Positions 1-12,125 of a stretch of 64,000 nucleotides of DNA are shown one piece after another; within the stretch, counting starts at the first letter, position 1, and every line of letters starts with the position of its first letter. Origin of the DNA: Terrimicrobiaceae bacterium (GTDB lineage Bacteria > Verrucomicrobiota > Verrucomicrobiia > Chthoniobacterales > Terrimicrobiaceae); the NCBI GenBank assembly GCA_044340205.1, contig JBIIUB010000002.1:7125-71124 (forward strand), read 5' to 3'. Both the position numbers and the translations under genes were made by a program. Under the pieces are notes generated by a model. It saw only the letters and a list, made by a program, of their open reading frames with translations. It had not been told where the DNA came from and made no database searches.

Positions 1-334
1 CATTGATATAGCCGCCCCGGTTTTGGACCTGCTTGGCGATCTCGCCCGGAGGGCGCTTTTCCGTTCCCTTGAAAAGCATGTGCTCCAGAATGTGCGAAAG
101 GCCCGCTCCCATTTTTTCGCCCTCATGAATACTCCCCGTGCCGCACCAGGCCTGCACACTGGCCACCGGAGCACTGCGGTCCTCCTCGACGATGAGCGTG
201 AGGCCGTTTTCGTAAGAGAAGACTCGGGCCTTGGATTCGGCGAGTGTGAGGCTTTCGGAGGTTTTGGCTTGGGTGTGATCGGGCATAAGAAAAAAGGCAA
301 CTGCCATGGCTGCGGTGAGAAAATGGGGTTTCAT
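1..334 (-). CDS. M16 (pitrilysin) family zinc peptidase, N-terminal part; the gene continues past the window start
   Basis: Not in the ORF track because it runs off the edge. My reverse translation from the ATG at 334-332 gives MKPHFLTAAMAVAFFLMPDHTQAKTSE...VQAWCGTGSIHEGEKMGAGLSHILEHMLFKGTEKRPPGEIAKQ. It has a signal peptide and the HxxEH (HILEH) inverted-zincin motif. The start overlaps the upstream stop as ATGA. Confidence 0.7.
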   Translation of the reverse strand, partial: MKPHFLTAAMAVAFFLMPDHTQAKTSESLTLAESKARVFSYENGLTLIVEEDRSAPVASVQAWCGTGSIHEGEKMGAGLSHILEHMLFKGTEKRPPGEIAKQVQNRGGYIN

Positions 335-762
335 AAGAGGGATCCGACACTGAGGGGCGGCTCGCCGTTCACGGAGCCCTCCAATGGCCGGAATGGCGCG
401 ACAAAGGCTTCGCGGAAATCAAACACATCTCGAAAGCTCTCTGTGGTGTCTTCCTCAGTCTTTCCAAAAATGCCAGCCTCGACGAGGTTGAAGACCATCT
501 GGCCGACATCCGCCGTTGCCATGACGCCCCAGTAGTTCAAAACCATAAGCGCCATCGGTCCGAATTCCCCAAGCGCGTGAATACGGAATCCATCGAGCAA
601 CTCGGCGGCACCCACATGGGGTCCGGGCTCCTTTTTTGACTTCTTGCGGCGCTTGATCGTGGCCTCGAGCGAGTCGCGGAGGAAGGCATAGGCTTCGGGA
701 TGATAACGACGGTCCTCTTGGCAGACCGTTTCGACGGCTTCTTGAAATCCTGTGTTCTGCAT
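331..762 (-). CDS. Conserved Verrucomicrobia/Planctomycetes-type hypothetical protein (Minf_1886-like family)
   Basis: 143-aa ORF (MQNTGFQEAVETVCQEDRRYHPEAYAFLRDSLE...). It shows GC3-rich codon usage and an ATGA overlap with the downstream M16 peptidase gene. The family assignment is from memory of TIGR04138-like sequences. Confidence 0.6.
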   Translation of the reverse strand: MQNTGFQEAVETVCQEDRRYHPEAYAFLRDSLEATIKRRKKSKKEPGPHVGAAELLDGFRIHALGEFGPMALMVLNYWGVMATADVGQMVFNLVEAGIFGKTEEDTTESFRDVFDFREAFVAPFRPLEGSVNGEPPLSVGSLL

Positions 763-902
763 TAGTTGGTCTTCGGAGCCTCGGCGGCGATGGCTGCGTT
801 GTCAGGGTGCGACTCCCTCCAGTGCCGGACACCAAGGCCCAGCACCAGAATGAACACAAAGCCCACAACCAGCGTCTGCTCGCGGCGCGTCAGCTCAAAC
901 AT
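762..902 (-). CDS. Small (46 aa) single-pass membrane protein, translationally coupled to the 331..762 gene
   Basis: Below the ORF-track size cutoff. My translation is MFELTRREQTLVVGFVFILVLGLGVRHWRESHPDNAAIAAEAPKTN. It has one hydrophobic helix and GC3-rich codons. Its TAA overlaps the downstream ATG as TAATG at 760-764. Confidence 0.4.
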   Translation of the reverse strand: MFELTRREQTLVVGFVFILVLGLGVRHWRESHPDNAAIAAEAPKTN

Positions 903-1029
903 GCCGCCACGATAAACCGAAATGCACACCGCGCAAGACGCGTGATGCGCAAAATTCCATCACTCGCAAAAATCTGGCATCGACTGCCGCGTTGACGCCA
1001 CAGCGCGACTCGGGTTTCATTCCGCGCCT

Positions 1030-2391
1030 ATGTCCAAAGATGCTTCTGCCACCCGAATGGAAAAAATCGTCAGCCTCTGCAAGCGACGCGGGTTCATTTT
1101 CCAATCCTCCGAAATCTACGGCGGCCTGAACGGCTTCTGGGACTACGGCCCGCTCGGCGTGGAACTGAAGAAAAACCTCAAGGACTTCTGGTGGCGGCGC
1201 AATGTGCGCGAGCGCGACGACATGGAGGGCATGGACGGATCGATCATCATGAACCGCGCCGTCTGGAAGGCCTCGGGACACGAGGAGACATTCAGCGACC
1301 CGATGGTGGACTGCAGAGTCTGCAAATCCCGCAACCGCGCCGACCAGTTGCCCGAAAAAGATGGTCAGAAATACTGTCCTCAATGCGGCAGTCGCGACCT
1401 AACCGAACCGCGCGATTTCAACCTCATGTTCAAAAGCCACGCCGGTCCGCTCGAGAGCGAGGACAACCTCGTGTATCTGCGTCCAGAGACCGCACAGGCG
1501 ATCTTTGTGAACTTCCGCAATGTGCTCGACACCTCGCGCCAGAAGCTGCCCTTCGGCATCGCACAGATCGGAAAAGCCTTTCGCAACGAGATCAACCCGC
1601 GCAACTACATCTTCCGCTCCCGCGAATTCGAGCAGATGGAGATCGAGTATTTCTGCCGCCCCGAGGACGGCATGCAACTCACAGACTACTGGCTCGAACA
1701 ACGCCTCAAATTCTACGAGGACATCGGCATTCCCCGCTCGAAGATCCACATCAATGACATCCCTGACGGCGAGCGCGCGTTCTACTCGAAGAAGACCTAC
1801 GACCTTGAATACGAGTTCCCCTTCGGCGTGAGCGAACTCGAAGGCATCGCCTACCGCACCGACTACGATCTCGGAAAACACATCGAACACTCCGGCAAGC
1901 CGCTCGACTACTTCGACGAGGCCACCAAGGAACGCTTCGTCCCGCATGTCGTGGAGCCGAGCGCCGGGGTCGACCGCACCACACTCGCACTCATCTGCGA
2001 GGCCTTCGACGAAGAAACCGTCACCGATGAAAAAGGAAACTCCGAGACACGCACCGTGCTGCGTTTCAATCCCCGCATGGCCCCTATCAAATGCGGCATC
2101 TTCCCGCTTCTGAAAAACAAACCCGTCCTCGTGGAAAAGGCCAAGGAGGTCGCCGCCTCGCTCCGCCCGATTATGAATGTCTTCTACGACGAAGCCGGCG
2201 CCATCGGACGCCGCTACCGCCGCCAAGACGAGGCTGGCACACCCTTCTGCGTGACGATTGACTTCGACACCATCGGCGAAAACGGCCCTGAAAAGGAAAA
2301 TACCGTCACCCTGCGCCACCGCGACTCGATGGCTCAGGAACGCATTGCCATCGCCGACCTCAAAAACTACCTCATCGACAAAATTAGCTGA
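1030..2391 (+). CDS. glyQS: Glycine--tRNA ligase (dimeric class II GlyQS type)
   Basis: 453 aa. N-terminus MEKIVSLCKRRGFIFQSSEIYGGLNGFWDYGPLGVELKKNL and the later FRNEINPRNYIFRSREFEQMEIEYF are typical GlyRS class II motifs. Confidence 0.95.
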   Translation: MSKDASATRMEKIVSLCKRRGFIFQSSEIYGGLNGFWDYGPLGVELKKNLKDFWWRRNVRERDDMEGMDGSIIMNRAVWKASGHEETFSDPMVDCRVCKSRNRADQLPEKDGQKYCPQCGSRDLTEPRDFNLMFKSHAGPLESEDNLVYLRPETAQAIFVNFRNVLDTSRQKLPFGIAQIGKAFRNEINPRNYIFRSREFEQMEIEYFCRPEDGMQLTDYWLEQRLKFYEDIGIPRSKIHINDIPDGERAFYSKKTYDLEYEFPFGVSELEGIAYRTDYDLGKHIEHSGKPLDYFDEATKERFVPHVVEPSAGVDRTTLALICEAFDEETVTDEKGNSETRTVLRFNPRMAPIKCGIFPLLKNKPVLVEKAKEVAASLRPIMNVFYDEAGAIGRRYRRQDEAGTPFCVTIDFDTIGENGPEKENTVTLRHRDSMAQERIAIADLKNYLIDKIS

Positions 2392-2469
2392 TTTTTTGCG
2401 CGCAGCGCTGCAACGGGTCGAAAGAGATTCTCTTGGCAAATTGCGATTGAGATGCGATCTCAATAACCA

Positions 2470-3360
2470 ATGAGATTGTTTATGAACCTTAGCTTTTGGC
2501 GGTTTTTGATCGCGCTTTCGTTGTGCATGGGAGCGCCTGTTGTTTCCGCAACCGGAATGCCCGCCGAGGTCGTTGTGGCCCTCAAGCCCGACAAGGATCC
2601 GGACAAAATGCTCGCCGAACGCGAGGCACTTGCCAAGGCCCTCGGGGCCTCGCTCGGACGCCCGGTGAAAGTCATCGTTCCCCTCTCGGCAGCGGTAATC
2701 ATCGAAGGACTCTCCAATGGCTCCATCGACCTGGGCTATTTGAGCGCCACCGATATGGTGAACGCCCGCGAGGCAGGCGCGGCGGGTTTGTTGTTGGTGG
2801 GAGAGATTGACGGCAGAAGGTATTACGAAAGCGTCTGGCTGTGCTTGAAGGAGCGCCCCTACGAGCGGATCGCCGACCTGCGCGGAAAACCCGTCGCCTT
2901 CGCCAGCCGCACCAGCACTTCCGGATATCTCGTTCCGCTTTTGGATTTGAAAAAACAAAATCTCATCGCGAAAAGCCCCTCGGAATTTTTCGGCGAAGGA
3001 AATGTCTGGTTCGGCACCGGCTACATGAGCGCCGTCGAGCGCGTGCTCGCAGGTGAGGCCGAGGCCGCCGCTGTGAGTGACTATGTTTTCGACAATGACA
3101 AGCATCTCACGCCGGAGCAGAAATCCCGTCTCCGCATCCTCGCAAAGCAGGGCCCGGTTCCGACCCACAGCATTGCCGCCGCATCCCGTCTCAGCCCGGA
3201 GGCCTGTCAGGAACTTCGCAAAGCCCTGCTGGATTTCTCGGAAAAAAATCCCGCTCTTCGCGACACCGTTTTCTCTTCGAAACTTGTCGAGGCCGATGCA
3301 AAGACCCACCTCCAACCAGTAGAGGATGCCCTTGCTTTTGCCAAAGACTCCACCCAGTAG
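2470..3360 (+). CDS. phnD: Phosphonate/phosphite/phosphate ABC transporter substrate-binding protein (PhnD family)
   Basis: 296 aa with a signal peptide. The PhnD-like core is GYLSATDMVNAREAGAAGLLLVGEIDGRRYYESVWL...GKPVAFASRTSTSGYLVP. PhnC- and PhnE-like genes follow. Confidence 0.8.
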   Translation: MRLFMNLSFWRFLIALSLCMGAPVVSATGMPAEVVVALKPDKDPDKMLAEREALAKALGASLGRPVKVIVPLSAAVIIEGLSNGSIDLGYLSATDMVNAREAGAAGLLLVGEIDGRRYYESVWLCLKERPYERIADLRGKPVAFASRTSTSGYLVPLLDLKKQNLIAKSPSEFFGEGNVWFGTGYMSAVERVLAGEAEAAAVSDYVFDNDKHLTPEQKSRLRILAKQGPVPTHSIAAASRLSPEACQELRKALLDFSEKNPALRDTVFSSKLVEADAKTHLQPVEDALAFAKDSTQ

Positions 3361-3361
3361 A

Positions 3362-4062
3362 ATGAAAACAGCGACGCCTCATCTTCGAATTAAAAATCTC
3401 GCCGTGGAGCGGGAAGGCCGTTCGCTTCTCCACGATCTCGACCTCAATGTGGAACGGGGCACCTTTGTTTCGATCGAAGGAGGATCAGGCGCCGGCAAGA
3501 CCAGCCTCCTTTCCTGCCTCGCCGGCATGCTTGAGCCGGCATCCGGACAAGTCACCTACAGTTGCCAAGAAAACGGTGAACACTCGCCAAAGGGATTCTG
3601 CAGCCGGCTGGGCCTCGTTTTTCAACACCTCCGCCTCACGCCAAATGCCACCGCCGAGACAAATGTCCTCTGCGGCCTCCTCGGACAGCGTTCGACTTGG
3701 CGCACACTCTTCGGATTTGCCCGCTCGGACCGGCGCCGCGCCATGGAACTTCTCGAAAAACTCGGCATCGGCCACCTCGCACAAAAAACTGTCGCCCACA
3801 TATCCGGCGGCGAGCGCCAGCGCGTTGCCGTCGCGCGTGCCTTGATCAGCAAACCCGAGTGCGTCCTCGCCGATGAACCCGTTTCGAGTCTGGATCCCCA
3901 GCTCGCCCGCCAAGTTCTTGGCCTGCTCAAGGAGGAATGCGCCAGCTCCGGCTGCACCGTGCTTTGCGCCCTCCACGACAAAGCCCTCTCCGGCGAATTT
4001 TCAGACGCCACCCTACGCCTGCGCGGCGGGGGAGGTTGGGACTACTCCGCAGGAGGCAACTC

Positions 4063-4066
<4 letters not shown>
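3362..4066 (+). CDS. phnC: Phosphonate-type ABC transporter ATP-binding protein
   Basis: Walker A GGSGAGKTS, signature ISGGERQRVAVARAL and Walker B LADEPVSSLD are present. I prefer the internal ATG at 3362 (MKTATPHLRIKNL) over the track start at 3326, which overlaps phnD. Confidence 0.85.
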
Positions 4067-7112
<3,046 letters not shown>

Positions 7113-7156
7113 TCGCGGCAAGAAGCAGGAGAAACACCAAATACGCACATCCCAAG

Positions 7157-7173
7157 GTTACAAATTCGTAACA
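7157..7173 (+). promoter_or_regulatory. GTNACA-N5-GTNACA motif, copy 1 (GTTACAaattcGTAACA)
   Basis: Read directly in the icd-tpsB intergenic region. Direct hexamer repeat with 11-bp phasing. Confidence 0.4.
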
Positions 7174-7247
7174 TGAATCCCGTTGCGCAATACATCGGGA
7201 GCCAAGATTCAGAAGGGTGCACTTGGTGTGAGAATCAGTGCAAAAGG

Positions 7248-7276
7248 AACAGGCGGGGGCAGCGCTCCCGCCTGTT
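7248..7276 (+). terminator. Stem-loop downstream of icd (possible intrinsic terminator)
   Basis: aacaggcggg / cccgcctgtt forms a perfect 10-bp stem around a 9-nt loop. Only a short T tract follows, so terminator function is uncertain. Confidence 0.45.
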
Positions 7277-7343
7277 TCATGTCTCCCGAAGACTTCCGTT
7301 TTTTCGATTGCTCCTGTGACTGAAAATCAAGCTCGAATTTTTT

Positions 7344-7360
7344 GTGACAGGATCGTAACA
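7344..7360 (+). promoter_or_regulatory. GTNACA-N5-GTNACA motif, copy 2 (GTGACAggatcGTAACA), about 50 bp upstream of the tpsB ATG
   Basis: Read directly from the sequence. Confidence 0.4.
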
Positions 7361-7408
7361 ATACTTCCGTTGCTGGCTGCAGGGTAGACTGCTGTCCTAC
7401 CGCGCTCA

Positions 7409-9049
7409 ATGATTCGGAGTTCTCACACCATCCGCTTCAGACGCCTGATCCTTCACTTGGTATTGGGAGTCTCTGTCGCCCTGTCCGGCCGCCTGGCCGC
7501 GCAGGACGCGAATCATTTGCTCGATGAGGAGCCGCCGCCAGTCGTGGATCCCGAGCCTCCGCAGACCTTTTCCATCCGCGAATTCCGCGTGGTCGGCGCC
7601 AAGACACTTCCAACCGGAGCGGTGGATAAGGCACTCTACAGCCACACCGGGCCGGGCCGCACGCCGGAGGATGTGGAAAACGCCCGCGCCTCGCTGGAGA
7701 AGGCCTACCACGACGAAGGCTACCAGACCGTTTCCGTCTCTGTGCCGCCCCAAGGGGTGAATACCGGCGTCATTGTGTTGCAGGTCACCGAGGCAACCGT
7801 CGGCCGCCTGCGCGTGAAGGGTTCCCGCTTTTTCGACATCGAGAGGATCAAAAAGATGGCCCCAGCGCTCGCAGAGGGCACCGTGCCGAATTTCAACGAT
7901 GTGCAGCGCGACATCATCGCCCTCAACCAGACCGCCGACCTCCAAGTCACCCCCTCACTTGCCGTTGGAAAAACACCAGGAACTGTCGATGTGGAGCTGA
8001 CAGTGAAGGACAAATTCCCACTGCACGGCAGCGTGGAGCTGAACAACCGCTACAGCGCGAACACGACGCCCCTGCGGCTCGACGCCTCGGTGCGCTACGA
8101 CAATTTGTGGCAGATGGGCCACACGATCGGCGCAGGCTTCCAGATCGCCCCGCAGCGCCCGAGCGACGCCCTCATTTTTTCCGGTTACTACATTGCCCGC
8201 ACGCCATCCATCGACTGGGTCGCGCTCATGCTTCAAGCTACGCGCCAGAACAGCGAGGTCTCGACACTCGGCGGCACCGACTCGCTCGGAAACGGCGAAA
8301 TCTACGGCGGGCGCTTCCTTTTCAACCTCCCCGCAAAGACCGGGTTCTACCACTCGGCCAGTATGGGCATCGACTACAAGGATTTTGCTCAAGATCTCGT
8401 TGTGGGCAACCAAACGGTTTCCAGTCCCCTCACCTACTGGCCGTTCTCGATCAACTACAACGCCAACTCGATCGGCAAACACTACGAGACCGAGTTCGGT
8501 GCTGGCGTGACCTTCTCTTTCCGTGGAACAGGCACGCAGGAGGCGATTGATTTCGACAATCGTCGCTACAATGCAAATGCGAACTTTTTCTACCTGCGAG
8601 GCAATCTGGCCCACACGCAGAAACTGCCGTGGGACTTCCAACTCTTCGGCGAGGTGCAGGGTCAAGCGACGGCCAATCCCCTCGTGGACACCGAGCAATA
8701 CAGCCTCGGCGGGCAATCCACCGTGCGCGGTTACCTCGAGTCCGTTGTAACCGGCGACAACGCCATTGCCGGCACGCTGGAATTTCGCACACCGTCCCTT
8801 CTCGGTTGGCTCCCGAAGGGCAACGAGTGGCGCTTTTTCGTCTTTATCGATGCCGGCTATGCCGTGCTCAACGATCCGCTCCCTGAGCAGACCTCGACCT
8901 TCAACCTCTGGAGCTACGGCGTCGGCACCAGCATCCGCCTCGTGGACCATATCAATGGCGACTTCTTTATCGGTATCCCACAAGTCACCCAATCTCCCTC
9001 GGAAGCCTATCAACCGCTCTTCTCCTTCAGCATCTCCGCAGAACTTTAA
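7409..9049 (+). CDS. TpsB outer-membrane transporter (ShlB/FhaC/HecB family, POTRA + beta-barrel)
   Basis: 546 aa with a signal peptide. POTRA-like region: FSIREFRVVGAKTLPTGAVDKALYSHTGPGRTPEDVENARASLEKAYHDEGYQTV...GRLRVKGSRFF. The long C-terminal part has an alternating beta-strand pattern (GGQSTVRGY). Confidence 0.85.
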   Translation: MIRSSHTIRFRRLILHLVLGVSVALSGRLAAQDANHLLDEEPPPVVDPEPPQTFSIREFRVVGAKTLPTGAVDKALYSHTGPGRTPEDVENARASLEKAYHDEGYQTVSVSVPPQGVNTGVIVLQVTEATVGRLRVKGSRFFDIERIKKMAPALAEGTVPNFNDVQRDIIALNQTADLQVTPSLAVGKTPGTVDVELTVKDKFPLHGSVELNNRYSANTTPLRLDASVRYDNLWQMGHTIGAGFQIAPQRPSDALIFSGYYIARTPSIDWVALMLQATRQNSEVSTLGGTDSLGNGEIYGGRFLFNLPAKTGFYHSASMGIDYKDFAQDLVVGNQTVSSPLTYWPFSINYNANSIGKHYETEFGAGVTFSFRGTGTQEAIDFDNRRYNANANFFYLRGNLAHTQKLPWDFQLFGEVQGQATANPLVDTEQYSLGGQSTVRGYLESVVTGDNAIAGTLEFRTPSLLGWLPKGNEWRFFVFIDAGYAVLNDPLPEQTSTFNLWSYGVGTSIRLVDHINGDFFIGIPQVTQSPSEAYQPLFSFSISAEL

Positions 9050-9058
9050 CCGCAAGAT

Positions 9059-11014
9059 ATGAAAACAACCGCATTCATCCGAACAGCACTTCTCGCCGCC
9101 ACGGCCCTTGTTTCCGTCACAGCGAATTCCCACGCCTGGTGGAACAAAGACTGGACCGCCCGCCGACCCGTCACGATCGATACCACCAAGACCGGATTTG
9201 AAATCAGCGAACCAGTCGGCACCGCCACCATCCTCCTGCGCCTCCACCAAGGAAACTTCGATTTCTCCACCGCCAAAGAGGACGGCACCGACATCCGCTT
9301 CGTGACAGAGGATGACAAGACACCCCTCGAATCCCGCGTGGAAAAATGGGACGCCCTCATGAACGAAGGCTTCGTGTGGGTCAAAGTCCCCGACATCAAG
9401 CCCGGCGCACAAACCAAAATCTGGCTCTACAGCGGCAACCCTGAAATCACCGCTGAGGAAGCCGCAGACCCGCTCGCAGCGCACGATACCGACACCATCC
9501 TCGCCTACAACTTCACCGCAGCCACACCCAAGGACGCCACAAAAAACGCCAACAACGCCACCTCCGGCGGCACGCTTTCCGAGGGCGCTCTCATCGGCCC
9601 CGGCATGCGCCTCCTCGGCAACACAGCCACCAAGATTCCCGGCTCGGACACCCTCCGCGCCGATGCTGCCCAACCCTTCACTCTCTCGACATGGTTGAAA
9701 CAATCCACCCTCAACGAAAAAGGCGTCCTCTTTGATTGGGGTGATGACTCCGCCCGTTTCCAAGTCGTTTTCCAAGCAGGCGCGCCTGTTGTTACCATCA
9801 CCTCCGCTTCCGGCACTTCCAAATCAACACCCGCGGACCCCGTCGCACCCAATGTCTGGAAACACATCGCCGTGGTTTCTGACGGCTCAAGCACAAAACT
9901 CTTCGTCGACGGCAAGGAATACTCCTCCGTCGCCGCTGGTCTGCCAGCCATCGTTGGCGAAGCCACGCTCGGCGCAGATGCCGATGGCAAAAACGGCCTC
10001 GTCGGCGAGATCGACGAGTTCAGCCTCTCGAAAACCGCCCGCCCCGAAGGCTGGGTCCAACTCGCCTACACCGGCCAGGCCGGCAATGATGCCAGCACCA
10101 AGCTCGTCGCCCTCGGCGAAGGTGAAGGCGGGGCCAGCGCAGGCGGTCACGGCGGCGCCATGGAGCATGTCATGCTCTTCGGCGACATCGCCAAGAACAT
10201 GATGTTCGACGGCTGGATCGCCATCGGCGTCTGCGTGATCATGATGTTTGCAGGATGGACCGTTGCCTTCGTCAAATTTGTTAATCTCGATAAAATCAAA
10301 AAAGGAAACGCAGAGTTCCAGCGCCTCTGGAAGGATGTCGCCACCGACCTCACTGCGATGGATCTCGACAACCCTGAGTCCTCAAAAACCTTCGGCGGCA
10401 AGATCGGCAAAAAAGGCCTCACCCTCCTCGCCGATTCACCCCTCTACCACATTTACCATGTCGGATCGGAAGAAATCCGCCACCGCCTCGGCTTCGGAAA
10501 AAACAAGGGCCAAGGCCTCTCAGCCCGCTCGATCCAAGCCATCCGCGCCTCGTTGGATGCCGCCCTCGTGCATGAACAGCACCGCCTCGGCAACGGCCTC
10601 GTTTACCTCACCACCAGCATCGCCGGCGGCCCCTATGTCGGTCTGCTCGGAACGGTCGTGGGTGTTATGATCACCTTCGCCATCATCGCCAAATCCGGCG
10701 AGGTGGATGTGAACTCGATCGCTCCCGGTATCGCCAGTGCGCTCCTCGCCACGACTGTGGGTCTCCTCGTCGCGATCCCGGCGCTGTTCATGTATAGCTT
10801 CCTGAATACCAGCATCAAAAACACCGTTTCCGCGATGCAGGTCTTCATCGACGAGTTCGTCGCCAAGGTCGCCGAATTCTACCCCACCCCGGGAGATTCC
10901 GGCCTTACCGTCCCGATCCGCCAAATCCGCACCCCGGAGGAGGCCGCACGCATTGAGGAGACCAAGGGCGATGAGAACGCTGCCATCATGGACAACCTCA
11001 TCAAACACAAATAA
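9059..11014 (+). CDS. MotA/TolQ/ExbB proton-channel protein with an N-terminal periplasmic DUF2341-like + LamG/ConA-like extension
   Basis: 651 aa. It starts with a signal peptide, then WWNKDWTARRPVTIDT...DGTDIRFVTEDDKTPLESRVEKWD...VWVKVPDIKPG...IWLYSGNP (DUF2341-like). A LamG-like segment follows (FTLSTWLK...VWKHIAVVSDGSSTKLFVDGKEY...GEIDEFSLS). Three TM helices then carry the ExbB signature GGPYVGLLGTVVGVM...IAPGIASALLATTVGLLVAIPALF. Confidence 0.85.
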   Translation: MKTTAFIRTALLAATALVSVTANSHAWWNKDWTARRPVTIDTTKTGFEISEPVGTATILLRLHQGNFDFSTAKEDGTDIRFVTEDDKTPLESRVEKWDALMNEGFVWVKVPDIKPGAQTKIWLYSGNPEITAEEAADPLAAHDTDTILAYNFTAATPKDATKNANNATSGGTLSEGALIGPGMRLLGNTATKIPGSDTLRADAAQPFTLSTWLKQSTLNEKGVLFDWGDDSARFQVVFQAGAPVVTITSASGTSKSTPADPVAPNVWKHIAVVSDGSSTKLFVDGKEYSSVAAGLPAIVGEATLGADADGKNGLVGEIDEFSLSKTARPEGWVQLAYTGQAGNDASTKLVALGEGEGGASAGGHGGAMEHVMLFGDIAKNMMFDGWIAIGVCVIMMFAGWTVAFVKFVNLDKIKKGNAEFQRLWKDVATDLTAMDLDNPESSKTFGGKIGKKGLTLLADSPLYHIYHVGSEEIRHRLGFGKNKGQGLSARSIQAIRASLDAALVHEQHRLGNGLVYLTTSIAGGPYVGLLGTVVGVMITFAIIAKSGEVDVNSIAPGIASALLATTVGLLVAIPALFMYSFLNTSIKNTVSAMQVFIDEFVAKVAEFYPTPGDSGLTVPIRQIRTPEEAARIEETKGDENAAIMDNLIKHK

Positions 11015-11020
11015 CCCACC

Positions 11021-11419
11021 ATGGACGCTGGCGACGACAAATCCTACGACGACATCAATGTGACCCCGATGGTAGACCTCTACCTCGTGCTTTTGCTGAT
11101 TTTTATCATCATGACCACAGCCGGAGTCCAGGGCGTGAAAATCGATCTCCCGAAAGGCAGCAAAGCCCCGGCTCTCGGCGGACCCAAGGGAAAATCCATC
11201 ACCATTAACAACGAGGGCAAACTCTTCCTCGACACCGTGCCGGTGACCATCGCCGAACTCGAAGCCAAGCTCAGCGAGCATAAATCCAAGGTGCCCGAGT
11301 TCCCCGTCGTTGTCCGTGGCGACCGCGCCACGCAATACATGATGGTCATGGAAGTCCTCGATGTGCTGGGACGCCTCGACATCAAGCAAATCGGCCTCGC
11401 CACCCAGGCGCCCAAGTAA
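11021..11419 (+). CDS. exbD: ExbD/TolR biopolymer transport protein
   Basis: 132 aa. INVTPMVDLYLVLLLIFII, followed by a periplasmic domain, is typical of ExbD. Confidence 0.9.
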   Translation: MDAGDDKSYDDINVTPMVDLYLVLLLIFIIMTTAGVQGVKIDLPKGSKAPALGGPKGKSITINNEGKLFLDTVPVTIAELEAKLSEHKSKVPEFPVVVRGDRATQYMMVMEVLDVLGRLDIKQIGLATQAPK

Positions 11420-11428
11420 CCCAAAACC

Positions 11429-12121
11429 ATGCCCGACGAAGAAGAAGACGAGCCAAGTTTCTTTGCGAAGCACAAAATCAAGATCATCCTTGGTGGCGTT
11501 CTCATCGTCGCGTTGGGCGTTTATTTCATGGGCGCACCGAAATCCGCCCCAAAGAAAAAATCCTCCGGCCCCGTCATGATTTCCCTGCCCCCGCCGCCGC
11601 CACCACCTCCCCCGCCGCCACCACCTCCGCCACCCAAGGAGCAACCACCCGAGCCCGAAACAGTGAAAGAGGAAAAATTCACACCCGAGGAGGCTCCCGA
11701 GCCCGAACCCCAAGCCGCACCCGAACCCGCCCCCATGGGCACGAACCTCGAGGGCAACGGCCCCGACGCCTTCGGCCTCGCCAAGGGCGGAGGCAGCGGC
11801 ATGATTGGAGGCACCGGCACAGGAAAAGGCGGCAAGGGCTCGAAATTCGGCGGCTATGCCTCCCAAGTGCAAGGCTCCATCGTCCAAGCCCTCCGCAATC
11901 ACAAAAAAACCAAATCCGCCGCACTCAATGTCACCGCCCGCATCTGGCTCGACGCCACCGGTCGCGTGACCCGCGCCACCATCTCTGGTTCCTCAGGCGA
12001 CCCCGCCACCGACGCCGCCCTCCGCAACGAAATTCTCACCGGTCTGCAAATGCAGGCTCCCCCACCGGAAGGCATGCCGATGCCCATCGTCATGCGACTC
12101 AAAGCCACTCGACCCAACTGA
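11429..12121 (+). CDS. TonB-like energy transducer with a poly-proline spacer
   Basis: 230 aa. It has an N-terminal TM helix, an uninterrupted proline run, a PEPE-rich spacer and a C-terminal TonB_C-like segment (NVTARIWLDATGRVTRATISGSSGDPATDAALRNEI). Confidence 0.75.
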   Translation: MPDEEEDEPSFFAKHKIKIILGGVLIVALGVYFMGAPKSAPKKKSSGPVMISLPPPPPPPPPPPPPPPPKEQPPEPETVKEEKFTPEEAPEPEPQAAPEPAPMGTNLEGNGPDAFGLAKGGGSGMIGGTGTGKGGKGSKFGGYASQVQGSIVQALRNHKKTKSAALNVTARIWLDATGRVTRATISGSSGDPATDAALRNEILTGLQMQAPPPEGMPMPIVMRLKATRPN

Positions 12122-12125
12122 TCCC

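Noticed and set aside
23-535. 170-aa plus-strand ORF at the window start
   Set aside because: It lies antisense to two well-supported minus-strand genes (M16 peptidase with HILEH motif; Minf_1886-like). The sequence is Arg/Gly-rich with no motif. This is a typical shadow ORF of GC-rich DNA.
1399-3315. 638-aa minus-strand ORF
   Set aside because: It is antisense to glyQS and phnD, both of which have unmistakable family motifs. The G/A/V/E-rich low-complexity translation is a shadow ORF created by the GC3 bias of the real genes.
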